Below are positions 8,641-18,540 of a DNA stretch of 48,441 nucleotides, in pieces. Source of the DNA: Clostridia bacterium (lineage in GTDB: Bacteria; Bacillota; Clostridia; DUPQ01); assembly GCA_030590175.1 (NCBI GenBank), contig JAUUZE010000001.1:1-48441 (forward strand), read 5' to 3'. The position numbers and the translations under genes are program-made. The notes beneath the pieces were generated by a model. It had not been told where the DNA came from, searched no databases, and saw only the letters and a list, made by a program, of their open reading frames with translations. How positions within the stretch are numbered: position 1 is the first letter of the stretch; each line of letters starts with the position of its first letter.

Positions 8641-10605
8641 TTATTGTTTAACTAAATTACCAGCTTGCACTTGTTTAGCAATTTCCTCATCTGGCATAAC
8701 AGTTCCTTGTTGTTGTGGCTGTTCAGTTCGTTCAAAATCACTAATATTCTTAGCACCATTATTTCTAGCTATATGATTAAATATCTTATATATATCAAGT
8801 TTCTTTTGTAACTCTGGATGCTCAGATATAACATTAAATAGTTCCATAAAAACTCCAGAATAATTACTACCAGGAATTGAACCATCTCTAACCATTATAT
8901 CATAATTTATAAGAATATCAAATGGACTAACTTTCATTTTACCGTCTTTGATACTATTTCCATATTCTTTCATTAATGTTTGCTGCCAACGACCTGTAGT
9001 TTTAACATAAAGTTCTTCGTTCATTAGTTGTTTTGTATGACTAGCAAACATACCACCAATATCTTGCATAGCTTGTAAACCAATTAATCGTGCTATTCGT
9101 TCAAGTCTAGAAAATGCTCCACGTTGAGTTCCTTCAAATTCCTTACCTGTCAAACGCTCAGGTCCGCCTTGACGAAGACTTCCCATAGATACATTATCTG
9201 TAGCTCCAATTTTCTGCATCCAATTAACTATCCATGCAGAATCTTGAATATGTCCTTGTGTTACATCAGTTACATTAAGTTGTTGGATAACATCCTTAAC
9301 TCCCTTTCCCCAAGAAGGTCGTCGTAAGCGAATCAACTTACCCTCACGCCCATCTCTTAAATCTTTAGTATTAACTTGATAAGGATCTATAACAAACATA
9401 TCATTGATACTCTTTCTTACATTAGTAATATGCGTATTAAATAACCAATCAAGAATACCTTGCATTCCACTAAGAATTTCTAATCTTGAAACTGGCGTAG
9501 AACTATATCCATCAAAATCTGGTGCTGCAACTGCAATTGGAAACATACCATGATCAAGACCTATTGGTCTAGCCTCAGTAATTATTTCATCAGCTGATAG
9601 TTTAAAAAACCACTTCTCAGGAATTTCACTATTACCAAGTTTCCATTCTTTTGGAATAATCTTAATATACATATTTAGATTATCAACTCTATTCGAGATT
9701 GTAGTATCTTTAATCAGATTACTACCACCAATCTTTTGCTCTCGCTCAGATGGATCAAGTTTAATTACACTAGTAAGTCTATTCTTCAACATATCAAGAT
9801 ACTTAACATTAAAAATACCTTCTCCAGTATTTTCATCAGAAAGCATATCAAAGTAGTTAGTCTTTTCTATCCATCCAAAATATTCTCCATTTTGCTGATC
9901 ATGAATAGATACATTAGGATCAGGAAGACAAAGATAAGGATCAATATTAAGTAATTCATTTCCTTCAAATAAAATACTCTCAACAGATTCCTTCTTTCGT
10001 GATCCTAACATATTTCCAAATATTCCAAAAGATTTATCTCTTTCAACTGTTTTCTTACCATGAATCACTTTCCAACTGGGCGCACCAACTCCAAACCCAT
10101 ATGCTAATGAATCTCGAAACATAGTATGAAGAGCTAATGCAACTTTAGTTTTTGTACAATGAACATCTATAACTTTCTCCAACATAATTGCACCAACAGT
10201 ATCTTCTGGACTAACACCTTCATATCGAAATATAGGACTTTGAAAAAATGCACTCATAAGATAACCAAGAAGAGTTTCAAGAATAGCATATGAATATGGA
10301 AAAACTATACTTGTTGGTTTCCTATAATCATTATCTTTTATATCATCTTCTTTTTCATCAGTCTTAATATATGCTGTTAATGTCCAATCTATATCTCTCC
10401 AAGCATCATGTCGAGTAGACATAATAGCTTGAGAAGCTCGAGCACGTGTAAGTATTTCATTCTTAATATATCTATGAAGTGTAGAACCAGGTTTAAGATC
10501 TAAATTATCAGGATAATCATAATTTAAATCTTTTCCATGGATAAGTTCTGTAGAACTATTTCTATTTGAATTATAATGTTCATCACCAGATATTATATTA
10601 GGCAT
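8641..10605 (-). CDS. Portal protein candidate (654 aa)
   Basis: Large ORF immediately downstream of the large terminase gene. The call rests on size and position only. Confidence 0.6.
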   Translation of the reverse strand: MPNIISGDEHYNSNRNSSTELIHGKDLNYDYPDNLDLKPGSTLHRYIKNEILTRARASQAIMSTRHDAWRDIDWTLTAYIKTDEKEDDIKDNDYRKPTSIVFPYSYAILETLLGYLMSAFFQSPIFRYEGVSPEDTVGAIMLEKVIDVHCTKTKVALALHTMFRDSLAYGFGVGAPSWKVIHGKKTVERDKSFGIFGNMLGSRKKESVESILFEGNELLNIDPYLCLPDPNVSIHDQQNGEYFGWIEKTNYFDMLSDENTGEGIFNVKYLDMLKNRLTSVIKLDPSEREQKIGGSNLIKDTTISNRVDNLNMYIKIIPKEWKLGNSEIPEKWFFKLSADEIITEARPIGLDHGMFPIAVAAPDFDGYSSTPVSRLEILSGMQGILDWLFNTHITNVRKSINDMFVIDPYQVNTKDLRDGREGKLIRLRRPSWGKGVKDVIQQLNVTDVTQGHIQDSAWIVNWMQKIGATDNVSMGSLRQGGPERLTGKEFEGTQRGAFSRLERIARLIGLQAMQDIGGMFASHTKQLMNEELYVKTTGRWQQTLMKEYGNSIKDGKMKVSPFDILINYDIMVRDGSIPGSNYSGVFMELFNVISEHPELQKKLDIYKIFNHIARNNGAKNISDFERTEQPQQQGTVMPDEEIAKQVQAGNLVKQ

Positions 10606-10615
10606 ATTTATTCCT

Positions 10616-12088
10616 TTAAACTATTGCAAAATCTTCTATTGGTTCTTCATCACTTAAATCAGAATAATCTTCATCAAGATCTAAATTAATATTTGACGGA
10701 GTAAAATACTCCCCTTCAACTTCCATAAATTTAACTACATAAGCCATAGCATCCATAACATCCCAAAGACGAGATTTAGGAAAACTAAGTAACTGTGTTT
10801 CAAGTTTCAAACAACAATTAGGATTATGATAAACAAAGCCCTGGCGATAATAGGGAACAAGTTCTTTAATTCGATCTTCCTTTTTTCCCTTTGCAGTTAA
10901 TTCAACATACCGAGCATGACAACCTTTAATTCGTAATTGATTCTTAAATGGTTGTGAGATAAATTCATGAAGAGAAGTTACTTCAATAGCTATTATCCCA
11001 GCACCAAGTCGACTAGCCATATTAATAGCTTCATCATAAAGTTCATCAGGATACAATCTTCTTGAAACAACATCCCTAACATAAATAGCTGAGTTTTCTT
11101 TATCTATTCCAAGACAAACTATAGCACTCTCAGCTGAATGTAATTTAACTGTTTTAGCAGGATCAATGATAATAACAGTTATTAAATCCTTAACTTTTTG
11201 TGTCCTTATTATTTCATTCTCACTATAATCTTTAAAATATTCAGATCTAAATATAGCATCTTCAGTTGATATAGGAATATTCCGATATTCCTGATAGAAT
11301 AAATCAACCTGGCTTGGCGTCTTATTTTTATGACTTTCATAAAGTTCAATGACTTCTTTATCAGACATAAAATCTGGCCAATTAGATTTAAAATCATCAT
11401 CACAAAGAGATAAATGAACACTGTGCCATTCGGGATCTTCAAGAAGATTAACAAGAAGAGAATCCTCATGAAGAACAGTTCCAACAATAACTATTTTCCA
11501 ATCTTTAGTCCCACGATCAATAGAATTACAAACATCAGAGAAAAACCATTCCTTAAGTTTCTCCCTTTGTTCAGGACTCTTAACACTCTCCTTATCTTCC
11601 AAATCGTCTCCAATAATTAGATCTGGTCGATAACGATCATATAGAATGCCACGAATCTGCTGACCAGCACCTCTTGGCATTATCATTGTTCCAGTTGAAG
11701 TTATCCACTGTTCAGCAGAAAACTTTTCACTCTTCATAGGCCCAAATAAATTCTTAACATATTGATTATAAAGAAGTTCACGCTTCAGGTTTTCACCCTG
11801 CATTACAGCACTTGTTGCAGTGCAGCTAATTGGCACAATAAACTTCTTTTCACGAAAAAGAACCTTCTTAGCCGGGTAAGCAATAGTATCAATCGTTGTC
11901 TTACCAAACCCACGAGGAGCAGCAATTACAGCCTTTTGAATATTATCATCATCTAGAACATTAAATATTTCATCATGAAGTTTAGAAAATTTTCTATGAA
12001 AACGTTCAGGAAATAATGTAGCACAAGATACTTTAGTGCTACTAAAACACAATTCCATAGTATTTTGTATTTTCTGACTAATAGTCAT
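10616..12088 (-). CDS. terL: Terminase large subunit
   Basis: Walker A-like AAPRGFGKTT and Walker B-like DLIIGDDLED. A C-terminal nuclease-like region (IIIDPAKT) follows, and the portal-sized ORF lies downstream. Confidence 0.8.
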   Translation of the reverse strand: MTISQKIQNTMELCFSSTKVSCATLFPERFHRKFSKLHDEIFNVLDDDNIQKAVIAAPRGFGKTTIDTIAYPAKKVLFREKKFIVPISCTATSAVMQGENLKRELLYNQYVKNLFGPMKSEKFSAEQWITSTGTMIMPRGAGQQIRGILYDRYRPDLIIGDDLEDKESVKSPEQREKLKEWFFSDVCNSIDRGTKDWKIVIVGTVLHEDSLLVNLLEDPEWHSVHLSLCDDDFKSNWPDFMSDKEVIELYESHKNKTPSQVDLFYQEYRNIPISTEDAIFRSEYFKDYSENEIIRTQKVKDLITVIIIDPAKTVKLHSAESAIVCLGIDKENSAIYVRDVVSRRLYPDELYDEAINMASRLGAGIIAIEVTSLHEFISQPFKNQLRIKGCHARYVELTAKGKKEDRIKELVPYYRQGFVYHNPNCCLKLETQLLSFPKSRLWDVMDAMAYVVKFMEVEGEYFTPSNINLDLDEDYSDLSDEEPIEDFAIV

Positions 12089-12090
12089 AA

Positions 12091-12444
12091 TTATCTAGAT
12101 CCATAATAAGGAGTTGTTTGAATAACGCCATGAACACCATTAGCAGCACTAATTATTCTACAAGCCCTCAAAGTAGCTCCATCCTGAATTTCAATAACAG
12201 AGCCAGCAATAAACAGATGACCAACCTCACTACCACCAGTTTGAACAGCAGCAGTTCCAAAAGCAATTCTAATTGATTGTGTTTCTACAGTAATCTTAGC
12301 TCCAACAACAGCCCTTTGTCCACCAAAAGTACTTGGTGCAGTTCCAAGTTCTGTAATTGTTATAGCTGCTGATGAGTCAGTACTAGCTTGTCTAACTGTC
12401 GCACCAGCAACTCCTTTCATAATTTCTACAGGTTGTATAGCCAT
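12091..12444 (-). CDS. Hypothetical Ala/Gly-rich protein (117 aa)
   Basis: ORF track entry. Palindrome copy 5 lies 11 nt upstream. Confidence 0.6.
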   Translation of the reverse strand: MAIQPVEIMKGVAGATVRQASTDSSAAITITELGTAPSTFGGQRAVVGAKITVETQSIRIAFGTAAVQTGGSEVGHLFIAGSVIEIQDGATLRACRIISAANGVHGVIQTTPYYGSR

Positions 12445-12455
12445 ATTAATGCCCC

Positions 12456-12476
12456 TTTGATGATTAAATCATCAAA
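12456..12476. repeat. Conserved palindrome copy 5 (centre TAA)
   Basis: Perfect core between the stop at 12486 and the start at 12444. Confidence 0.95.
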
Positions 12477-12485
12477 GCATTTTAT

Positions 12486-12869
12486 TTATGCAGCTTTTAT
12501 ATTAACTGGATATCCATAAAATGCTTTAGTTCCACCACCAGTTATTGTAAGTTTAAATATAAGTGTTGCTTTTTGATTCTCATAAGTGGCTCCTGGATGA
12601 GCCAGAGTAAATCCAATCTCGTTATCATTTTGAACATAAGGAGTAGTATCATCTGAATCAATCAAACCAGTTATCTGGGTTTCACCACTAAGTCCATCAC
12701 GAGCCTTGACCTTACCAAGATATGCTTCCATAGTTACAGCTGTAATAACAGCACCAAAAGGAATAACTCCATCATTAGCAGTAGCTGATGAACATATAGG
12801 AAATGAAACTAGATAATCCCCCCAATCATCATTATGATAGTTAACACTTATATTAAATTCTATATCCAT
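12486..12869 (-). CDS. Hypothetical protein (127 aa)
   Basis: ORF track entry in the structural arm. Confidence 0.6.
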   Translation of the reverse strand: MDIEFNISVNYHNDDWGDYLVSFPICSSATANDGVIPFGAVITAVTMEAYLGKVKARDGLSGETQITGLIDSDDTTPYVQNDNEIGFTLAHPGATYENQKATLIFKLTITGGGTKAFYGYPVNIKAA

Positions 12870-13380
12870 CTAAGATACTCCCTATATGATAAAAATCTTC
12901 TTTATTAAGACAGTTATAATAAAACTTCTTCTTAGTGTTATAAGTATAATAAAAACTTCCACCAACACTACAAGTATAATGAAAATCTTCATCAACAACA
13001 GGTGTGTAAAAACCTGCTGTTGGAACCATTCTTCTATAACTTTTTTCACTAATCGAAATACTATCATTAACAATAATATTTAAAGCTGAAAATATTAGTG
13101 AAATATTCTCGCTAATTGAAACACTTTCACTAACATTTACTGGGAAAAATACTTCACCAGAAACATTTTCACTTAATGAAATACTATTATTAACATTAAC
13201 ATTAATATTAGTTTCAACAAAACTACTCTCACTCAGCGCAATAGCACTTAGTACTGAAATTGATAGAAATATATATATTGATATATTAACTATTATATCA
13301 GCAATACTACAACTATCATTAACACTGATGTTTAAATCAGATACATCAGCATTAACATTTTCAAGTACTGATACACCCAC
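12853..13380 (-). CDS. Repeat-rich protein (175 aa) with a (I/V)S(I/V)N(D/E)S-type N-terminal repeat region and a Tyr-rich C-terminus
   Basis: ORF track entry with a GTG start. It has 8 N-x-S motifs in the first ~110 aa. The motif ISVNDS is shared with the N-terminus of the fibre gene (1..1164). Confidence 0.55.
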   Translation of the reverse strand: MGVSVLENVNADVSDLNISVNDSCSIADIIVNISIYIFLSISVLSAIALSESSFVETNINVNVNNSISLSENVSGEVFFPVNVSESVSISENISLIFSALNIIVNDSISISEKSYRRMVPTAGFYTPVVDEDFHYTCSVGGSFYYTYNTKKKFYYNCLNKEDFYHIGSILDGYRI

Positions 13381-13384
13381 TTAA

Positions 13385-14185
13385 TTACAGCTCCATAAAT
13401 TGCTGCTCTTCACCTCGAGCAGGATATTGAACTCCATTATTATCTATATGTCGACAAAATATCTTCGTATCAATTAGAAAGGGAAAATCCTTCTTAGCAA
13501 ATTCTGGCCAGTCAGCCTTTTTAAAAATATCCTCACACATTATTCTTGTACACCATTCAAGATCCTCAGTTCCTTGAGAATTATGCCAGTTATTTGTCTC
13601 AGGATCATACCAAGTTCTAGCCGGTGTTTCAAAGATTTTTCTAACCTTAACTCCACCAACTTCATATTCTTTACTCTCGTCATACATAACCTTAAGAATA
13701 GATTTATGTATCATAGTACATCCCATAGGTATTCCATCTACCCAAACCTCTTCACCAAGTTTCCACCCAGTGAAATAACTGTTTCCTCGACCTCGATAAA
13801 CAAGAGGTTCACTGGGAATACTTCTGGTAAAATATAATCCTGACCAAATAGGAACATCTCCTTTAAGCATTCTATCATTCCACGCCAAGATAGTTGTTGG
13901 TGGAATAACTGTATCATGATCAATAAAGAATAGCCAATCAAAATCCTCTTCAACAAACTTTGTAGCTATTACATTTCGGGCATCCGCCACTACAAATCCC
14001 AGCGGTGAACTCTGATCAATAAACTGTAAACAATCAACTTGACTCCAATTACAAGGAATAACCTGTCCATATCGAGCTAAAACCCATTCAGCACGAAGAA
14101 GACCTGTCATTGGAATCCCTATCATAATCCTCTTAGACATACTTTCACTAGCCTTAATGATTCCCTTAGGATAAAAATCTTCCAT
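13385..14185 (-). CDS. Glycosyltransferase-like protein (266 aa)
   Basis: N-terminal IGIPMTG, a DxD-like FFIDHDT, and a general GT-A-like layout. The family is not assignable by eye. Confidence 0.45.
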   Translation of the reverse strand: MEDFYPKGIIKASESMSKRIMIGIPMTGLLRAEWVLARYGQVIPCNWSQVDCLQFIDQSSPLGFVVADARNVIATKFVEEDFDWLFFIDHDTVIPPTTILAWNDRMLKGDVPIWSGLYFTRSIPSEPLVYRGRGNSYFTGWKLGEEVWVDGIPMGCTMIHKSILKVMYDESKEYEVGGVKVRKIFETPARTWYDPETNNWHNSQGTEDLEWCTRIMCEDIFKKADWPEFAKKDFPFLIDTKIFCRHIDNNGVQYPARGEEQQFMEL

Positions 14186-14187
14186 AA

Positions 14188-14646
14188 TTATTTATCCTCC
14201 TTATACATAATAACTTCCATATTACCATTAGCCTGCCAAACTGGAAATCCTTTTTCAATAACCCAGGGCTTCGGCTGATAGATATTATATAATGGAAATC
14301 TCTTATCAAAATACTGCCAAGTAGCCATATTACAGGGATTACAATGCGTAGGATCCTGAATGAATCCATCAGAAACTCCATAAGGCATTGATAGTAATAA
14401 CTTCCCTTCAAATTGCATAATCCTCCAAAGTTCATTCATAAAATCTAACATAAGCCAGGGCTTAATATGTTCAATAATATGACTGCCAATTATAATCAAA
14501 CAACTTTCATCTTCAATCGGATAAGGGAACACCTCCAAATCATGAACTATATCAACGCCCTTAAGATTACGTTTATCCATCCCAAGAAATCCCTTTTGCT
14601 TATTTTCACCACATCCAATATCCAGACGAAATCCTTTTAATGTCAT
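14188..14646 (-). CDS. SAM-dependent methyltransferase (152 aa)
   Basis: Motif I LDIGCGENK near the N-terminus and a class I MTase-like size. Confidence 0.65.
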   Translation of the reverse strand: MTLKGFRLDIGCGENKQKGFLGMDKRNLKGVDIVHDLEVFPYPIEDESCLIIIGSHIIEHIKPWLMLDFMNELWRIMQFEGKLLLSMPYGVSDGFIQDPTHCNPCNMATWQYFDKRFPLYNIYQPKPWVIEKGFPVWQANGNMEVIMYKEDK

Positions 14647-14668
14647 GTTTTTTACCTCCCTATTATTA

Positions 14669-15199
14669 TTAACTTAATACATTATACCTTAAACAAACAC
14701 CAATTAGTTCTGTTGTATCTGCAATTGTATCTAAAACATCCCCACTCAATCGTGTAATTTTAAAAGTTATACACCGTTTAGTTATACTTGGATGATTAAT
14801 ACCTAAGATTTCTGCCAATACTAAACCATTAGGAGTTGCAGACGCTGTACCTATTCCTGTTAAAGTTTCATCAGCAGCAGCAATAGTTGACTCACCAATA
14901 GCAGTCCAATTATAATCAACTTGCCACTTAACATCACCTGGGCTTACTCCATCAGCTGACCAACCAACATATCCAATAAGTGGAATATTTATATCGATAT
15001 TATAAGGTGCTACCATTCTCCCTGATACACTCTCTTGGTTCGCCTCAATAGCATCTGCAAACTGCCAAGATGTATCTAAACCATGAGGTACTTCTGTAGC
15101 TGGCTTTGCCCCAGCAGCTTTCAACCCAGCAACATTTAACCACAATTCTCTTGTAAGATTTACACATTTCCAAGGATTATTTGTCCAGCAGCCACTCAT
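14669..15199 (-). CDS. Hypothetical protein (176 aa)
   Basis: ORF track entry in the structural arm. Confidence 0.6.
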   Translation of the reverse strand: MSGCWTNNPWKCVNLTRELWLNVAGLKAAGAKPATEVPHGLDTSWQFADAIEANQESVSGRMVAPYNIDINIPLIGYVGWSADGVSPGDVKWQVDYNWTAIGESTIAAADETLTGIGTASATPNGLVLAEILGINHPSITKRCITFKITRLSGDVLDTIADTTELIGVCLRYNVLS

Positions 15200-15204
15200 A
15201 ATAG

Positions 15205-15582
15205 TTAAACCTCAAACTCTTTTTTAAAGGTAAGAATAACTATCCCCTGTTTAGCATTCCCAGCATTAGAAACAACTATTGTTAAAGCCCCTGAAGTTAT
15301 AAAATCAGGACAAGCATGATAACTTTCAGCAACAGTTCCACTACAATCAGCCAACTCTGCATTCATAATATCTTCACTATAAATATCATTTATAACAACA
15401 TCATGTTGGTCAGTAGGAAGATCAGTAGTTAGATCACCATCTTTACCCGGAACAGTTTGAACCTTCAACAAACCAAAAATATTCTCAGGAGTAAACGTGA
15501 CACTGGCATCACCACTGGCATCACTCAACCAAGATTCAATATATATCTTTCTATCTTTTGTCTGCTTTATTGATTCACTCAT
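15205..15582 (-). CDS. Hypothetical protein (125 aa)
   Basis: ORF track entry. Palindrome copy 6 lies 12 nt upstream. Confidence 0.6.
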   Translation of the reverse strand: MSESIKQTKDRKIYIESWLSDASGDASVTFTPENIFGLLKVQTVPGKDGDLTTDLPTDQHDVVINDIYSEDIMNAELADCSGTVAESYHACPDFITSGALTIVVSNAGNAKQGIVILTFKKEFEV

Positions 15583-15594
15583 ATTAGACCCTCC

Positions 15595-15615
15595 TTTGAT
15601 GATTTAATCATCAAA
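15595..15615. repeat. Conserved palindrome copy 6 (centre TTA)
   Basis: Perfect core between the stop at 15621 and the start at 15582. Confidence 0.95.
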
Positions 15616-15620
15616 GCATT

Positions 15621-16091
15621 TTATGAAAACCTAATCTGATATGTAACATTAACATTCTGATTTGTATTACAAGAACTACTTGCAAAAGTATTTCCAGCAA
15701 AAATACTATTTTCAGCACTAGAATTAAACAAACCAATATTAGATAGATTAGCAGCAGCACTTAGAAAACTATCTGAGCTTGCATATGTAGCTGTGAACTG
15801 GGCAGTAGTACTACCAACATTAGCATATGTAGGAGCCTTACGCTGAGTAGAACTCATAATCTCACCAGGCAATCCTGTTGCATTTGAGGCAGTTGTTCCA
15901 CCAGTCCCAAGAGCAATAAATGCGACTTGTCGGCTGCCAGCACTATTTCCAAGCAAATGACATAAATAGTTTAAAAACCCAACATTAGTTATTTGGTTCG
16001 GGCCTATAAAACCACTATCACCAATAACCTTACCAGCTTTAGTTATTTTAACTCTTGAAAATCCTTGTATTTTACAACCTTCGTTATTCAT
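15621..16091 (-). CDS. Hypothetical Ser/Ala/Gly-rich protein (156 aa)
   Basis: ORF track entry in the structural arm. Confidence 0.6.
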   Translation of the reverse strand: MNNEGCKIQGFSRVKITKAGKVIGDSGFIGPNQITNVGFLNYLCHLLGNSAGSRQVAFIALGTGGTTASNATGLPGEIMSSTQRKAPTYANVGSTTAQFTATYASSDSFLSAAANLSNIGLFNSSAENSIFAGNTFASSSCNTNQNVNVTYQIRFS

Positions 16092-16114
16092 AGTAATAAA
16101 TCTCCGTTAAAATT

Positions 16115-17260
16115 TTAGCACATTAAATCATTAGTATCTGAACAATCATGAACAGATATTGATAAGTCATCGCCACCAGGTGATGCAGGTGCCCCTTCAA
16201 TAATAAATGTAGCCGGATCACTATGATTATTATACTCCGCTCCTACCCAATCAGCTGATCTAGCAATATCTGAAATTCGTATTTCATCCAAGAAACCTTT
16301 AAATTCTCTTGCAGTACTATGATTCCAAGATGCAATTGCCATGTTTGCTGTTGCACTAGGAATTGCACTCAAACCTAAATCTTTCACTAATGAACCAGCA
16401 ATATATATTTTAGAAGAAACTCCATCAATAACACCTGTAATATATGCTGTTGTACCAAATGTATATGCTGTTGTGGTATAGTCTCCAGACCCAGCTACAA
16501 ATATTCCAACAGATCTTTCAAGTGCTCCAGCACCAGTTGGATTCGTTGTTATTATATAACCATTTGCACCGCTTCCAGCAGTAGATTTATCAATAATACG
16601 CTGATAAGCATCACCACTTGATTGATTCATAATACATGAAATTGTTGCTGCACTACCATTTAAACTTAATGCATGACTTGAATCAATTGAGCCAAGTCTA
16701 ACTACATCATCATCACCATCAAAATCTATTCCCTTCCCAATCTGGGCATCGATAAGATCACCACTCGTCATTGTGCCTTCAGAAGTTCCATCACAATTAT
16801 TAGACGTAGAATCAATCATCTGTGGAGATCCACCAGAAGGATCCTCATTCATATGCTGAACCATCATATAGTTGCTATCCCAAACACTCTCCGCTCCATA
16901 AGCAGCATCGATAGCAGGCTGGGACTCACCAGATTTATTATACCAAATGTAAAAATCTGTATCAGTACCACTAGCAACAGACAGCACCTTAACATGTATT
17001 TCAGCAGCACCATTAGCAGGATCATTATCAATTGTAAATGTAACAACTTCACAAGAGAGTTGGGTATTACCATCAGAATCCGAGGAAAACCGAATATCAC
17101 CACCACCACTTAGCGCAGGATTACTACCATCAGCATCAAACATCTCAGATGGTAGCGTGGTCAAATCCAGTAGCACAGGAAAATTAGAAAGAGCTCCAGG
17201 CACCTTGCCATTCTGAATTGTTAATTTACATTTCCTGCCCCAACCTGCTGGGAAAGCCAT
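16115..17260 (-). CDS. LamG/concanavalin-A-like lectin domain protein (381 aa), probable host-surface binding
   Basis: C-terminal FKGFLDEIRISDIARSADWVGAEYNN is typical of LamG-type jelly-roll domains. Confidence 0.55.
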   Translation of the reverse strand: MAFPAGWGRKCKLTIQNGKVPGALSNFPVLLDLTTLPSEMFDADGSNPALSGGGDIRFSSDSDGNTQLSCEVVTFTIDNDPANGAAEIHVKVLSVASGTDTDFYIWYNKSGESQPAIDAAYGAESVWDSNYMMVQHMNEDPSGGSPQMIDSTSNNCDGTSEGTMTSGDLIDAQIGKGIDFDGDDDVVRLGSIDSSHALSLNGSAATISCIMNQSSGDAYQRIIDKSTAGSGANGYIITTNPTGAGALERSVGIFVAGSGDYTTTAYTFGTTAYITGVIDGVSSKIYIAGSLVKDLGLSAIPSATANMAIASWNHSTAREFKGFLDEIRISDIARSADWVGAEYNNHSDPATFIIEGAPASPGGDDLSISVHDCSDTNDLMC

Positions 17261-17285
17261 TAGACGATTCCTTTATTTCCATCCC

Positions 17286-17306
17286 TTTGATGATTTAATC
17301 ATCAAA
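17286..17306. repeat. Conserved palindrome copy 7 (centre TTA)
   Basis: Perfect core 25 nt upstream of the LamG gene start at 17260. Confidence 0.95.
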
Positions 17307-17312
17307 GGAGAT

Positions 17313-17471
17313 TTATTCATTAAAAATATCTTTTATAGTTTGTTGACGTTTCTTTTTACGTTTCTTAATTTTCTCCGCTCGACCAAATGCAGAAAAAGGA
17401 GTCTCCTTACTTTTCCCAGCCTTCGGGCGTTTAACACTAGTTGTTTTCTCACCTTTATTCCAAAAGCTCAT
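17313..17471 (-). CDS. Unannotated small, very basic ORF (52 aa: MSFWNKGEKTTSVKRPKAGKSKETPFSAFGRAEKIKKRKKKRQQTIKDIFNE)
   Basis: My translation. Its ATG overlaps the stop of 17471..17830 by 1 nt (TAATG coupling). It falls below the ORF-track length cut-off. Confidence 0.45.
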   Translation of the reverse strand: MSFWNKGEKTTSVKRPKAGKSKETPFSAFGRAEKIKKRKKKRQQTIKDIFNE

Positions 17472-17830
17472 TATAACCTCCAAGAAATACTCTTTTTATG
17501 AAAATATTCTAAAACAATTCTAATAATCCAATACTTAATATACCGTTTCATATATGATGTTCCTTTATATTCAAGAACTTCAAGATAAACATCAGCAGCA
17601 GTTTTCTTACTTACCACTGGCTCTGAATCAAATCTACTTAAATAATCATGAATAAGACCAGCAGTCGGACAAGTTCCTTTGACAAAGCCAGTTGATTCAA
17701 AGTCAGTAATAAACCCAGCTGGAATTATTACCATCTGATTAAGTACATCACTATCAAAAACAAAATCCTTGATAAGTTTAGAATACTTTGAATCAATAAT
17801 TCTTACTACTGGCATATTTTTTATATACAT
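17471..17830 (-). CDS. Hypothetical protein (119 aa), possibly DUF1353-like
   Basis: PAGFITDFES resembles the G-F-x-T-D motif of DUF1353. It is adjacent to the endolysin gene. Confidence 0.4.
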   Translation of the reverse strand: MYIKNMPVVRIIDSKYSKLIKDFVFDSDVLNQMVIIPAGFITDFESTGFVKGTCPTAGLIHDYLSRFDSEPVVSKKTAADVYLEVLEYKGTSYMKRYIKYWIIRIVLEYFHKKSISWRL

Positions 17831-17833
17831 TAG

Positions 17834-18406
17834 TTATATATTCCTTAGATATATTTGAATACTTCGTTTAAAGCATCTAGCCATACGCCTCTGGTTTTCA
17901 GGTTCCTTTAAAAACTTTCTCATTTTAGGATTACTTAAAAACTCACATTCCACAAGCACAGCTGGCATACGAGTCTCACATAGTACTTTAAAGTCTGATC
18001 TTTTAACTCCTCTATTTCGCTGCAATGGAAAATAAGTCAATAATTGCCTATGCACAATACCAGAAATTTGAAGCGAACCTATTGAGGCTGCTGGATATAT
18101 ATGAATACTTATACCCTGGACTGTCTTCTTATGAAATGCATCACAGTGGATTGAGAAGAATAGCTTTGCATCTTTAACATTAGCCAGCGTAACTCGCTGA
18201 TCAAGAGAAACATCTTCATCCTTCTCCCTTGTCATACAGTATGAAATACCAGCTTCTTTTAATTCATATTCAAGATAATATGCAATAGCAAGATTAATAT
18301 CATCTTCATCGGTATATCCATAAGAAGCACCATTATCAAGTCCGCCATGTCCAGGATCGATAATAATCATTGAAGATTTATCCACTGTTTTTCCTCCCAG
18401 CAACAA
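17834..18406 (-). CDS. N-acetylmuramoyl-L-alanine amidase (Amidase_3-type endolysin); the start may be the ATG at 18370
   Basis: IIIDPGHGGLDNGA, FSIHCDAF and ECEFLSNP match the zinc-amidase motifs. The track start at 18406 is a TTG. Confidence 0.8.
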   Translation of the reverse strand: MLLGGKTVDKSSMIIIDPGHGGLDNGASYGYTDEDDINLAIAYYLEYELKEAGISYCMTREKDEDVSLDQRVTLANVKDAKLFFSIHCDAFHKKTVQGISIHIYPAASIGSLQISGIVHRQLLTYFPLQRNRGVKRSDFKVLCETRMPAVLVECEFLSNPKMRKFLKEPENQRRMARCFKRSIQIYLRNI

Positions 18407-18536
18407 AAGCTATCCAAGCATGATACTTCACAACATTATACCAGTTCTTTTCAACAATAGTTTTAGGTTTGAACTTATAACCTTTTTCCTGCCACCACTT
18501 AATAAATTCTTTATGTAACTTTTCTTTTTTTGTCAT
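18378..18536 (-). CDS. Unannotated small ORF (52 aa: MTKKEKLHKEFIKWWQEKGYKF...)
   Basis: My translation, running from ATG 18536-18534 to TAA 18380-18378. It lies between the holin-like ORF and the amidase gene. Confidence 0.35.
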   Translation of the reverse strand: MTKKEKLHKEFIKWWQEKGYKFKPKTIVEKNWYNVVKYHAWIAFVAGRKNSG

Positions 18537-18540
18537 AAGC

